Part shown: positions 7,705 through 17,188 of the stretch, piece after piece | Layout of the letters: each line of letters begins with the position of its first letter | Position numbering within the stretch: position 1 is the first letter of the stretch | Assembly (NCBI GenBank): GCA_043809585.1 | Contig: JBDROZ010000019.1 | Span: 1 to 44,628, forward strand | DNA from: Candidatus Eiseniibacteriota bacterium | GTDB taxonomy: Bacteria; Orphanbacterota; Orphanbacteria; Orphanbacterales; Orphanbacteraceae | Length of the DNA: 44,628 nucleotides | Reading direction: 5' to 3' | Position numbers and translations under genes: made by a program | Notes under the pieces: generated by a model | Database searches by the model: none | Told to the model about the DNA's origin: nothing | The model's input: the letters and a program-made list of their open reading frames with translations, nothing else

Positions 7705-9948
7705 ATGTCCTTCGATGACTCGATTCCGACATCCGACGGTGGAGAGCTTCGTTCCGATTCCGGACGGATCGGCCCCTACGTGCTCCGGCGTGTCATCGCT
7801 TCGGGGGCCATGGGCACCGTCTACGAGGCGATGCAGGAACATCCCCGGCGGCCCGTGGCGATCAAGGTGATGAAGAGGGGGGTGACCTCCGCCTCGGCCC
7901 TCAGGAGGTTCGAGTTCGAGGCGCAGTTCCTGGCCCGTCTTCGCCACCCCGGAGTCGCCGAGGTCTACGAGGCCGGCACGTACGACGACGGTTCGGGCCC
8001 GGTGCCGTACTTCGCCATGGAGTACGTGCCGAACGCGCGCTCGATCACCGCCTTCGCCGATTCCAAGAAGCTCGACAAACGGGAGCGCCTGCTCCTCTTC
8101 GCCCAGGTTTGCGACGCGGTCCACCACGGCCACCAGAAGGGGATCGTCCACCGCGATCTGAAGCCGGACAACATCATCGTGGGACCCGACGGCCAGCCGA
8201 AAGTGATCGACTTCGGTGTGGCCCGGGCGACCGATTCCGATCTCGTTCTCGCCACCCAGCAGACCCAGGTCGGCCAGCTCGTCGGGACGCTCCAGTTCAT
8301 GAGCCCGGAGCAGGTCGACGCCGACCCGCACGACATCGACATCCGATCCGACGTCTACTCCCTCGGCGTCATTCTCTACCAACTGCTGGTCGGCCGGCTC
8401 CCCTACGATCTCGTCGACATTCCCACGCTGGAGGCGGTCCGCCGGATTCGCGAAGAACCGCCGGCCCGGCTCGGAAGCGCCGACCGCGGTCTCGTGGGGG
8501 ACCTCGAGACGATCGTCCACAAGGCATTGGAGAAGGACCGGGAGAGGCGCTACCAGTCGGCGGGAGAGCTGGCGGCCGACATCCGGCGCTATCTCGACCG
8601 ACAACCGATCATGGCGCGTCCCCCGACCCTCATCTACACACTGCAGGTCTTCGCGAGGCGGAATCGCGCCCTCGTCGGCTCCCTGGCCGCCGTGTTCGCC
8701 GTGCTCGTTCTGGGGGTCGTGGCGAGCACCACGCTCTATCTCCGCGCCGAGTCCCAGCGTGTCGAAGCGGAGCGACAAACGGGCCGCGCCATGAACGCCA
8801 TCGGGTTCGTCAATGACATGGTTCAGTCCGCCAATCCCCAATGCGTGGGGGAGCAGGTGTTGATTTCGGATCTCTTGGACACATACGGCGAACAGGTCGG
8901 GAAGGCGTTTCCCGACGATCCGGCGATCGAGGCGACGATCCGGACATCGATCGGCGAATGTTACACTTTTCTCGATCTGTTCGAGAAAGGGGGCAAAGCC
9001 GAGAACTACAAGAAAGCCGCCCGCCTCCACCTGGAAAAGGCGGTCGATCTCCGCCGCCGCCTGCTCGGCCCGGAACACCCGGAAGTTCTGAAGTCCCAAG
9101 AGGCGCTGGCCGACCTCCTGATCCGGCAGGACGACCCCCGGAAGGCCGAAGAGATCTCCCGCGAGATTCTGGCGATACGGCAGCGCACGCTCGGGGAGGA
9201 TGATCCGGAGACGATCGACGCGACGGAGAACGTCGCCTGGTGCCTCGAGGAAGAGGGCCGCTACGACGAGGCGGAGCGCATTTACAGAGAGGTGCTCGAG
9301 AAACGCCGGAAAGTCCTCGGGGAGGAAGATATCGTAACGATCAATGCCATGGTTAATCTCGCGGACGTTCTCCATGCGCGCGGCGAACTGACGGCGGCGG
9401 AGGATCTCACGAGGGGGGCCTACACGATCCTCGTCCGGGTCTCGGGAGAGGATCACGGGCGGACGAAATACGCCCGCCGCAAACTGGCCGGGTTCCTCCT
9501 CGCCCTCGGGAAGACCGAGGAGGCCCGTGATCTCTATTCCCACCGGCCGCTTCCGGACGGGATCGGGGTGGATCGCTGGATTCAGGGGGAGCCCCCCTCG
9601 GGGACGGAACCGATCCGGATGATCGTCGCCCTCGAGTCCTGGTGCCCCTACTCGGCCCGGGCCATGCCCGAACTGGAGAGGATTCACGAAGCGTACGGGG
9701 GGAAGGGCCTCGAGTTGATCGGTTTGACGGAGATGAACAACGGCACCACGGAGGAGAAGTTCCTGGCATTCCTTCGGGAGTACGGCGTGACCTTCCCGAT
9801 CGCCATGGTGAACGACGATGCTCCCGACGATCTCTACCCGGGGGGAGTGCCGCATGTGGTGATCGCCCAGGGCCCGTCCATCCTGTGGGAGGGGAACCCC
9901 TCGATATTGAACCGCGATGTCCTCGACGGCCTGCTGGCCACGAAGTAG
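7705..9948 (+). CDS. Hanks-type Ser/Thr protein kinase with TM helix, TPRs and C-terminal TlpA/thioredoxin-like domain
   Basis: ATG 7705 after GGAGGAG; VAIK, HRDLKPDN, DFG, MSPEQ, DVYSLG; TM; LGPEHPE/LGEDDPE TPRs; SWCPYS...MPELERIHEAYG.KGLELIG...GVPH. Confidence 0.88.
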   Translation: MSFDDSIPTSDGGELRSDSGRIGPYVLRRVIASGAMGTVYEAMQEHPRRPVAIKVMKRGVTSASALRRFEFEAQFLARLRHPGVAEVYEAGTYDDGSGPVPYFAMEYVPNARSITAFADSKKLDKRERLLLFAQVCDAVHHGHQKGIVHRDLKPDNIIVGPDGQPKVIDFGVARATDSDLVLATQQTQVGQLVGTLQFMSPEQVDADPHDIDIRSDVYSLGVILYQLLVGRLPYDLVDIPTLEAVRRIREEPPARLGSADRGLVGDLETIVHKALEKDRERRYQSAGELAADIRRYLDRQPIMARPPTLIYTLQVFARRNRALVGSLAAVFAVLVLGVVASTTLYLRAESQRVEAERQTGRAMNAIGFVNDMVQSANPQCVGEQVLISDLLDTYGEQVGKAFPDDPAIEATIRTSIGECYTFLDLFEKGGKAENYKKAARLHLEKAVDLRRRLLGPEHPEVLKSQEALADLLIRQDDPRKAEEISREILAIRQRTLGEDDPETIDATENVAWCLEEEGRYDEAERIYREVLEKRRKVLGEEDIVTINAMVNLADVLHARGELTAAEDLTRGAYTILVRVSGEDHGRTKYARRKLAGFLLALGKTEEARDLYSHRPLPDGIGVDRWIQGEPPSGTEPIRMIVALESWCPYSARAMPELERIHEAYGGKGLELIGLTEMNNGTTEEKFLAFLREYGVTFPIAMVNDDAPDDLYPGGVPHVVIAQGPSILWEGNPSILNRDVLDGLLATK

Positions 9949-9950
9949 GT

Positions 9951-10110
9951 GGTTTCGGGGCCTCCCGGGAGCCTGCATGACCGGGGTCTATCGCTCCCGA
10001 AGTTCTGGGGATGCAATACCGATTTCCGGCCGGTAGAATCCGCGGCTCTCTTCTCCGAAGACTGTTGGAGCAAGCCGGTCCCGACCCCCTGGCTCCCGCC
10101 CACCGAAACC
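9951..10110. other. 160-nt rod-like imperfect palindrome between convergent genes (candidate structured RNA or MITE)
   Basis: Six nested complementary pairs share a centre near 10031 (see findings). Confidence 0.55.
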
Positions 10111-10114
10111 TAGG

Positions 10115-10873
10115 CTAGTGAAGGGTATACCCCTCGAGAACCTCCGTGGTCGTTTCGATCGCCCCCCCGGCGGAATCCTGCGAGGTCTCCTCGCTCTTCA
10201 CGAGGCCGACGCCGTCCATCACCCAGATGACCCTCTCGCCCGTCATGGAGTCGACCCCTGCGGGGGTCGAGATGACGACCAGCTGCCGGATCTCGCCCTC
10301 GTAGGCATTCGTGTAGCTTCCGGCCGGGACGGTGACGGCCGTCCTCCCGCGGCTCGCTCCGCGGAAAGAGATTTCCACGTCTGCCTCGAACGATCCGGTG
10401 CCCTGAACGACGACGAAGGTGGTCTCCGCGTCGACCAGGGTCCAACTCGTGCCGCTCGGGACGGCGAAGTCGGCGAACTGCCAGGGGAGGCTCGCCTCCA
10501 AGACCCTCCGGAAGTAGGCGCCGATCGGGTCGTCATCCTTCCCTGACCCCTCCTCCGCAAAGGGGGGCACCACGAAGAGCCTCTGACCCTCCTGCCGCAC
10601 GAAGGTCGTTTCGGCATCCACTCGGTCCACGAAGAGATGCCAGGTCTCTCCGTAGCGGGTCTCGGTTCCGATGATCGTCGTCGTATCGCTCTCCGTGGAG
10701 GCTTCCTTCGAGGAGGTCGTCACCGAGTAGATCCACGTGTTGCCGACCGCGATCGGGACCGTGATCGAGCCGGCTCCGTTCGGACCGGTGCCGCCGTCAT
10801 CTCCGCAGCCCGCGGGGAGCAAGAGGAGGGAGAGCAAGAGAGGGGTCATCCCGAGAATTCGAATCCGTCTCAT
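10115..10873 (-). CDS. Lipoprotein of unknown function
   Basis: ATG 10873 after AAGGAGGTGA; lipobox-like PAGC; PIAVGNTWIY, VTVPAGSY and WVMDGVGLVK motifs of a beta-rich lipoprotein family. Confidence 0.8.
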   Translation of the reverse strand: MRRIRILGMTPLLLSLLLLPAGCGDDGGTGPNGAGSITVPIAVGNTWIYSVTTSSKEASTESDTTTIIGTETRYGETWHLFVDRVDAETTFVRQEGQRLFVVPPFAEEGSGKDDDPIGAYFRRVLEASLPWQFADFAVPSGTSWTLVDAETTFVVVQGTGSFEADVEISFRGASRGRTAVTVPAGSYTNAYEGEIRQLVVISTPAGVDSMTGERVIWVMDGVGLVKSEETSQDSAGGAIETTTEVLEGYTLH

Positions 10874-11116
10874 GGGCGCGTCACCTCCTTGGGGCTCCGC
10901 CGTGAACGGCATCCCGCCCCTGGCCTGGATTCTATGCCCGGAAGGGGGGGGACACAATCGGGATCGCGCGGCGGGGGTGGTTCCTTTCGGCCGGACCGGT
11001 TCGGGCCATCGGGGATCGAAGCCGGGATCGGGACGGCGAGTGTGGTAAGATGGTCCAAGTCTCCGGGACCGGCCGACTCGGATCGAAAGCTCCGAGACTC
11101 GTAGGGGTAGAGAGCC

Positions 11117-12529
11117 GTGGGAAAGAGAACGAGACTCCTCGGGACGGCGGCCCTCCTTTTCGGGGCATCGCTGATCCTCGTCACGGGCCGCACGGGAGCG
11201 GGTCCGCCGGCCCGGCATCTGCTTGTCGTCACGCTCGACACGACGCGGGCGGACCGGCTCGGGTTCTACGGGTACGACCGGCCGACCAGCCCGAACCTCG
11301 ACGCCCTTGCCGCCGAGTCGGTGGTCTTCGAGATGGCCATCGCCTCGGCGGCGGTGACGCCGGTCTCACACGCCTCGATCCTGACCGGCCTCTGGCCATA
11401 CCACCACGGGCTTCGCGTGATGCACGGCCTCGTGGCCAACCGCCTCGAATCCGGGACGACGACTCTCGCCGAGGTCTGGCGGAAAGCCGGTGGAAGGACC
11501 GCGGCCTTCGTGAGCGCTTACCCTGTCGGTTCGGCGTTCGGCTTTCAGGAGGGATTCGACAGGTTCGACGAGGCATTCGCGCACGCCGACGGGGCGGGCG
11601 TAGTGAACGACCGGGGCACGGTCGACACCGGCAAGAGCCAGCGGCGGGCGGACGAGACCACGAGAGCCGCGATCGAGTGGCTCCGTGGGGCGGCGTCGGA
11701 CGCCCGGCCGCTCTTCCTCTGGGTTCACTACTTCGATCCCCACGACCCGCAGGTGAAGCTCCCGGATGAGGAACTCATGTCGCTGCTCCAAGGGGAACTC
11801 CCGCCCGCATCCCAGGACCGGGCCGACCTCATGCGCGCCGTCTACGATTGCGAGGTCCGTTACATGGACCGCCACCTCGGCGGCCTCTTCGACGAGTATC
11901 GCCGCCTGGGCCTGTGGGAGAATACGATAGTCGCCGTGGTCGCGGATCACGGCGAGGGGCTCGGAGACCACGACTGGTGGACCCACGGCATCTTGTATCA
12001 GGAACAGATCCGGGTTCCCATGCTCATTCACGTTCCGGGAGGGGAGAGAGGCGTCCGCGTCCCTTCCCTCGTCCGCACGATCGACTTCATGCCCACGCTC
12101 CTCGAGGCGGCCGGCCTGGCCCGGTCATCTTGGCCCGACATGGACGGCGAGTCCCTCGGCGAGGCGATGAGGAACGGGCGCACCCTGAAGCCGCTCGGCG
12201 CCTACAGCGAGTCGGTGAACATACTGCGCTACGGGCGGGAGGACACGCCGGTCAGGAAGGACGAGAAGAACGACAAACTCTACTGCCTGATCGAGGCGGA
12301 CCAGAAGCTGATCTACCACCAGCTCCATCCGGAGCGGAGCGAGTTCTACGACCTCCGGAGCGATCCCCGGGAGCAGTTCAACCTCGCCGTCCTCGGACGA
12401 TCCCCGGTGATGGAGACCCTCCTCGCCCGCCTCGAGGGGATGGATGTCTTCTCCGTCATCCTGCCGGGCATGACGCCGACCGAGGCGGAACGGATGGAGC
12501 GCCTGAAGAGCCTCGGCTACCTGGAATAG
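11117..12529 (+). CDS. Exported sulfatase-like hydrolase (alkaline phosphatase superfamily)
   Basis: LVVTLDTTRAD, TSPNLD, SHASILTG, WVHYFDPHDP, ADHGE, C-terminal LKSLGYL. Confidence 0.88.
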   Translation: MGKRTRLLGTAALLFGASLILVTGRTGAGPPARHLLVVTLDTTRADRLGFYGYDRPTSPNLDALAAESVVFEMAIASAAVTPVSHASILTGLWPYHHGLRVMHGLVANRLESGTTTLAEVWRKAGGRTAAFVSAYPVGSAFGFQEGFDRFDEAFAHADGAGVVNDRGTVDTGKSQRRADETTRAAIEWLRGAASDARPLFLWVHYFDPHDPQVKLPDEELMSLLQGELPPASQDRADLMRAVYDCEVRYMDRHLGGLFDEYRRLGLWENTIVAVVADHGEGLGDHDWWTHGILYQEQIRVPMLIHVPGGERGVRVPSLVRTIDFMPTLLEAAGLARSSWPDMDGESLGEAMRNGRTLKPLGAYSESVNILRYGREDTPVRKDEKNDKLYCLIEADQKLIYHQLHPERSEFYDLRSDPREQFNLAVLGRSPVMETLLARLEGMDVFSVILPGMTPTEAERMERLKSLGYLE

Positions 12530-12534
12530 GCGCT

Positions 12535-12558
12535 CCCTCGGGCACTCGCCCGAGGGAC
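12535..12558. terminator. Hairpin after the sulfatase stop codon
   Basis: Perfect 10-bp stem TCCCTCGGGC-ACTC-GCCCGAGGGA between convergent genes; weak U-tract. Confidence 0.55.
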
Positions 12559-12686
12559 TTGCCCACCGGGGACTCGAGCCTCCCCCCCACCTACACCTCC
12601 CCACCCCCTAAGAACAACAAAAGGGGAAGAGAACCCATGAAGAGCCCACTCCCCCGTCTGAGGAAAACCTTCATGTTCTGATGATA

Positions 12687-14450
12687 CTACCGGACGAGGA
12701 CGACTTTCGCGGACTGGTCGATCTCCCCGGCACGCAGCCGGACCAGGTAGACGCCGGAGGGCGCCCTGCTTCCCGGCGACCAGACGACGGAGTTCCGTCC
12801 CCCGTCCCGGGGCCCGTCGACGAGCCTCTCGACGAGGCGTCCGCCCGTGTCGAAGACGTCGAGCGTGACGGGGCCCGGCTCGGGGAGCGTGAACCGGAGG
12901 GTCGTCGTTGGATTGAACGGGTTCGGCGAACCGGAGAGCCGTGTCTCCGGGATCACGGGGACCGGGTTCTCGACGGCCGTGTCGCCCGTCCCCGCCGCGA
13001 AGTCCATGACGTGGGGGGCGTGATCGGAGGCGACGATCGAGTCGTCGGCGTTCAGCCCCGCCGCGGCCAAGACCGCCGGCGGCAAGAGCGGTGTGTGGAG
13101 GACGAAGCTCTTGTCGATGTTCAGTACGCTCCCCGTGACGGTGATCCGGTCGATGTGGGACGGGCCGTAGCTGCTCCCCTCGTTGTAGTACGTGTACGCC
13201 TGCCGGACCGACGGCTGCCGCGACACCACCGCGTCCAGTTCCGACCCGTCCCAATCGGGGGCGAAGTCGGGGCCGTAAGCGCCGTTGTCCGAGATGTCCC
13301 CGGTGAGCAGGGTCGTCACCTGCCGGGCGTCGCCGTACATGTTCGTGTCGCCGAGAATGATGATCGGCGTGTCCTGGGCCAAGGTGATCGCTCCGCCCGG
13401 CGAGAGGGCGTCCCGGACGAAGGACATGACGTCGTCGATCTGATCCTGGCGCTGGGCGTCGCCGTCGGAGCAACATTTGAGGTGAACGGCGATCACGAGG
13501 AGGTCGTGCTCGAAGGGGAGCGGCAGGTCGATCAGCGCCGCCCGCGCCTGCCCTTCGCCCGTGTCCCACCCCTGCAGGATCGGGTGACGGGAGAGGATCT
13601 GCAATTCCCAGTCCCAATCGAGGTACCAGGTCCCCGGAAGAACGTTCTGGACCCATGTCTTGGTCTGGTTTCCGTTGTGATTGTAGATCTCTTCGTAGGC
13701 GATGATGTCCGGGTCGATCGCCTGGAGAAGCCGGGAGAACTCATTCGGCCGGCTCCAGAGACCGTCGTTCAGCACATTGTGCGTCATGATGCGGACGTGG
13801 TCCGGATCGGACTTCCCGAGTTCGATGAGCGGCGGATCGAGGGGATCCGAGTCGTCGAAGGTGTACGAGACGTTCGAGGAGCTTCCCGGCACCCAGTCGC
13901 CGCCGCCGGCCCCGTCACGGAAGGCGATCCGAACCGTGGTCGACGGGAAGAGGGCGTATCCGTTCGGCGCCGCGTCTCTCCGAAGGGAGAACTCGAGGTC
14001 GTTCGTCGTGTAGGGGGGCGAGGCAACCACTCCGATGTCGTCCCAGTAGATCGAGGAGCCCCGGTAACTTCCGCTCCGGCTCCCGAACACCCACGTCAGG
14101 TCCGCCCCCATTCCCGCGACCGCGGTCCCCGTGGACGAGTTGTCGTCCGTGTCGATGTAGAGGGTCAGGCTGTTCGACTCGGCGATCAGGACGTCCCCCC
14201 CGGTCTCGACCCGGAGATAGAGTCTCCCGCCGTCGTTCGCGACCCAGAGCTTTCCGAAGTCGATCCCCGAGCCCCCCCCGTCGCCCGAGGCATCCTGGTA
14301 GGCGTAAGGGACAGGGTCCCAATCGGAGAGATCACAGTCGATGGTGATCGGGGCAGCGTCGGCCGAGGCTTCGCCCACCCCGCCCGGCAGGGCCGAAAAG
14401 AGAAGGGCGAAAGAGACGCATCGAACGGCATGCCGGAGATTCACTGCCAT
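12687..14450 (-). CDS. Secreted endonuclease/exonuclease/phosphatase (EEP) family protein with FlgD-Ig/T9SS-like C-terminal domain
   Basis: RIMTHNV, DIIAYEE, VHLKCC, ILGDTN, HIDRI, ASDHAP; C-terminal PNPFNPTT...SGVYL. The true start may be GTG 14444 based on RBS spacing. Confidence 0.88.
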   Translation of the reverse strand: MAVNLRHAVRCVSFALLFSALPGGVGEASADAAPITIDCDLSDWDPVPYAYQDASGDGGGSGIDFGKLWVANDGGRLYLRVETGGDVLIAESNSLTLYIDTDDNSSTGTAVAGMGADLTWVFGSRSGSYRGSSIYWDDIGVVASPPYTTNDLEFSLRRDAAPNGYALFPSTTVRIAFRDGAGGGDWVPGSSSNVSYTFDDSDPLDPPLIELGKSDPDHVRIMTHNVLNDGLWSRPNEFSRLLQAIDPDIIAYEEIYNHNGNQTKTWVQNVLPGTWYLDWDWELQILSRHPILQGWDTGEGQARAALIDLPLPFEHDLLVIAVHLKCCSDGDAQRQDQIDDVMSFVRDALSPGGAITLAQDTPIIILGDTNMYGDARQVTTLLTGDISDNGAYGPDFAPDWDGSELDAVVSRQPSVRQAYTYYNEGSSYGPSHIDRITVTGSVLNIDKSFVLHTPLLPPAVLAAAGLNADDSIVASDHAPHVMDFAAGTGDTAVENPVPVIPETRLSGSPNPFNPTTTLRFTLPEPGPVTLDVFDTGGRLVERLVDGPRDGGRNSVVWSPGSRAPSGVYLVRLRAGEIDQSAKVVLVR

Positions 14451-14673
14451 CCTCCCATGGTAAGGGAACTCGGGTCTTGGTTCGGGAGAGTGCGTAAATC
14501 ATATCATGAAGCGCGCTTCCGCGTCACGGCCAAAGCCATCCCGCATCGGGCCTTCGGGTCCGGCTTCATCATCCTCACGGGAACGGCCCGTTCTTGCCCA
14601 TATTCTGTGGGGAGGCCTCCCCCCCCCGGGGGCTTCCCTCGAAATCTCCTCACCTGAAAGGAAGGACTCCGCC

Positions 14674-14838
14674 ATGATCCGACCGTTCCGCCCGGCGTTT
14701 CGCCGATGGGCCCTCTCCGCCGGTCTCGCGGCGGTTCTGCTCGCGACGGCCGTCCCGGCCCCCGCACAGGAACATCCCGAACATCCGCAGGCGATTCTAG
14801 GCTTCGGTCCCCGGACCGGCATCCGAACCTTCCCCTGA
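14674..14838 (+). CDS. Short exported peptide or truncated gene (signal peptide + QEHPEHP)
   Basis: AG-rich RBS then ATG 14674; clear signal peptide ending APA-Q; the 3' end runs into the convergent CHASE2 gene. Confidence 0.5.
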   Translation: MIRPFRPAFRRWALSAGLAAVLLATAVPAPAQEHPEHPQAILGFGPRTGIRTFP

Positions 14839-16152
14839 ATCACTCGGCGATTCGGGGACCCTACCGGGTGAATCCCCGCGAAGGGACTCGCGCAGGCGGG
14901 CGCAGTGCCGGAGCTCGATGTGAACCTCGATCTGATAGTGAAGATAGACGCCCAGGATGGAAGGGAGGAAGTTCACGAAGAGCACGCCGTCCCCGAAGGT
15001 GAGAATCGAAAAGAGGACGGTCAGCGGGGCCATCACGAGCAACGAGATCAGCATGCTGAACGCCGGGCCGAATCGGGCGAGAACAAAACCGGCCACTACG
15101 CCGAGGAGGAACTCCAGCAGGAAAGAGATCGACGCGAGGGGCTCCCGGAGGGCGTCATGCCGGATCCAGGAGGCGATCGCCTCGGCCCAAACATAGATCC
15201 CCGGCATGTCTCCCACGACGGTGGGTTGGATGTCGCGCCCGGCGTGGTGGGTACCGCCCAGAAGCACGATGCGGTCGGTGAGCAGGGAACGCGCCCCCTC
15301 GACGGCGGGCGCGGAGACCAATGACGTCACGTCCGTGTGGTACGGCGTGATCCCCGGACTCTCTCTCAGGAACTGTCCCGAAAAGCGGATCCGCCAAGGC
15401 GTCGTCGGAAGCTGCTCTTCCCGGCGGATCCACCAAGGCGTGTCCCGGTGGGGAACGAGATGGAAGGCGCTCACCGCGGCTCCGAGAATCGTGGGGAGCG
15501 CACGAGCTTCCCCGTCATCTCCGTCGTAGCGTCGCGGCACGGCGCGCACGAAGCCCCCCGAACGCTCGATCGTGGGATCGGCGAAGTGGAACTCCGCTCT
15601 TCCGGTCAGCTCTTCCCACGCAGACCATGGCGGGTCGCCGGGAGTGAATTCAATCTCCTCCGCCCGGGACTCCCGGACCAGGACGATCGGTGCACCGCCG
15701 GCCTCGGCCGCGTCCTCCAGCATCCGAAAGAGCCGCAGCCTCGATTCCGATCGCTCGGGAGATTCGTGGCGGGCGGGGTGAATCTGGATGTCGAGAACTA
15801 CGCCCCTCGGGCGGTGATCGAGGATGCGCTCCAGGATTCGGGCCACAACCCCCGGATCGAGCGGTGACGTGCCTCCAAACAGGGCCGGGTCGTAGTAATC
15901 CGCGTCGGTGATCGCGACGACCGTGATCGGAGCATCGAAGCCGGGCCGATCGGCGACCGCCATCTTGTCGAGCCACCAGGTCTCGGCCCCATCGAGCAGG
16001 TGTTGCGAGCGGGCTCCGTGGACGAGGAGGGTCACCGCGAGCGAGGTCATGATCAGGCGACCCCAGACCTCGATCCGTTTCTCGGTGGTCCCGAGCAGAC
16101 GGGCCAACCCCCGGACGAACCGGGAACGTCCGGCGGCTCGGTCGCTCACCAT
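14797..16152 (-). CDS. Stand-alone CHASE2 domain membrane protein with no output domain
   Basis: ITVVAITDAD, PRGVVLDI, GGFVR, LTDRIVLLG, PTVVGDMPGIYVWAEAI, three C-terminal TM helices, short tail. Confidence 0.85.
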   Translation of the reverse strand: MVSDRAAGRSRFVRGLARLLGTTEKRIEVWGRLIMTSLAVTLLVHGARSQHLLDGAETWWLDKMAVADRPGFDAPITVVAITDADYYDPALFGGTSPLDPGVVARILERILDHRPRGVVLDIQIHPARHESPERSESRLRLFRMLEDAAEAGGAPIVLVRESRAEEIEFTPGDPPWSAWEELTGRAEFHFADPTIERSGGFVRAVPRRYDGDDGEARALPTILGAAVSAFHLVPHRDTPWWIRREEQLPTTPWRIRFSGQFLRESPGITPYHTDVTSLVSAPAVEGARSLLTDRIVLLGGTHHAGRDIQPTVVGDMPGIYVWAEAIASWIRHDALREPLASISFLLEFLLGVVAGFVLARFGPAFSMLISLLVMAPLTVLFSILTFGDGVLFVNFLPSILGVYLHYQIEVHIELRHCARLRESLRGDSPGRVPESPSDSGEGSDAGPGTEA

Positions 16153-16976
16153 AAGTAGGCGCGATCGGCCGCCGCGAGCACGGCGGCGGCGAGGTCCGGC
16201 GGCATCACCCCGATGGCCTCGGCGGCGTCGTGGAACCGCTGCCGCTCCCCCTCGGCCTCTTGGGCGGTGAGGATCGCGAACTCACCGCCACCCAGGGGAT
16301 CCCCGTCGCCGTCGATCAGAGACCAGGATACGGTCCCGGAGAGAGCCGGGCCCGCGGATTGCCACGCGAATGCGCCGGAGCCGGGCTTCTCCTGCATCAC
16401 TTTCAGATCGGTCACTTCTCCCCCCGCCTCGATGCGGAGCGTGGCGGGCGCCGGGCGCACACGCCACCATTCGAACACGATCGGCACGTCGGGGGCGAAA
16501 CGGCCGCCGTCCGGCCAGAACGCCGCCTGCCCGCGTCGTACGGAACCGCCCAATCGCTTTCGCTCGGGCTCGGTCAGTCCCCGCACGACCTGGTCTTCGA
16601 GCCGCTCCCACCAACTCGGCTGCGCCGGGTCGATGACGCTCGGGATCTTCAGACGCGTTCCCTTGCCGAAGATCGAACTCTGGCCGTTACGGAAATCGAG
16701 AAACGTGATGGTCCCGGCCTCGACAATGAGACTGTCCCCTTCCACGAGCGGACTGAGCGTCCCGATGGGGATCTTAAGACCTTCCTTCGCCATTTCATCC
16801 GTATAGGTTATGATATAACCTGTTCCGTTCACCGGGTAGCAAACCCCGTCCGGCGTGGGGGGCCCATCCCCATCGCCCGAAGTCGAATGGGGCGCCGCGG
16901 CGATGATCAGAAACAGGGCGACGGACGACGGCCGGGAGAGCCGCCGACGGTACCAGGTCCAGGGCATTCCAGGCAT
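16146..16976 (-). CDS. Exported protein, DUF928-like
   Basis: ATG 16976 after GAGGGGG; signal-like N-terminus; GGSVRRG motif, P-x-x-F-x-W, C-terminal A..YLW; the stop overlaps the CHASE2 start. Confidence 0.6.
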   Translation of the reverse strand: MPGMPWTWYRRRLSRPSSVALFLIIAAAPHSTSGDGDGPPTPDGVCYPVNGTGYIITYTDEMAKEGLKIPIGTLSPLVEGDSLIVEAGTITFLDFRNGQSSIFGKGTRLKIPSVIDPAQPSWWERLEDQVVRGLTEPERKRLGGSVRRGQAAFWPDGGRFAPDVPIVFEWWRVRPAPATLRIEAGGEVTDLKVMQEKPGSGAFAWQSAGPALSGTVSWSLIDGDGDPLGGGEFAILTAQEAEGERQRFHDAAEAIGVMPPDLAAAVLAAADRAYLW

Positions 16977-17188
16977 GGAGTCCCCCCTCTCGATTTGGAT
17001 GGGAAGGCGTGCCGGGCGGACACGAGAGCCGCGCCCCGGCCGGCACCTGATTGATGGTAGCACCACGGAACGGGCATGACAATGACGACGAGGGACGACG
17101 ATTTGGACCGAGACACTTCGTGGTTCAATCCTCCCTCGGGCGGGCGGACCCGCCCCTGCAGCCGGGAGATCGAATCTTGCCTCCATTC

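Noticed and set aside
9951-10110. SRP RNA or confident 6S RNA call
   Set aside because: No SRP helix-8 motif, no recognisable 6S consensus, and no zapA/ygfA synteny; kept only as an unassigned structure.
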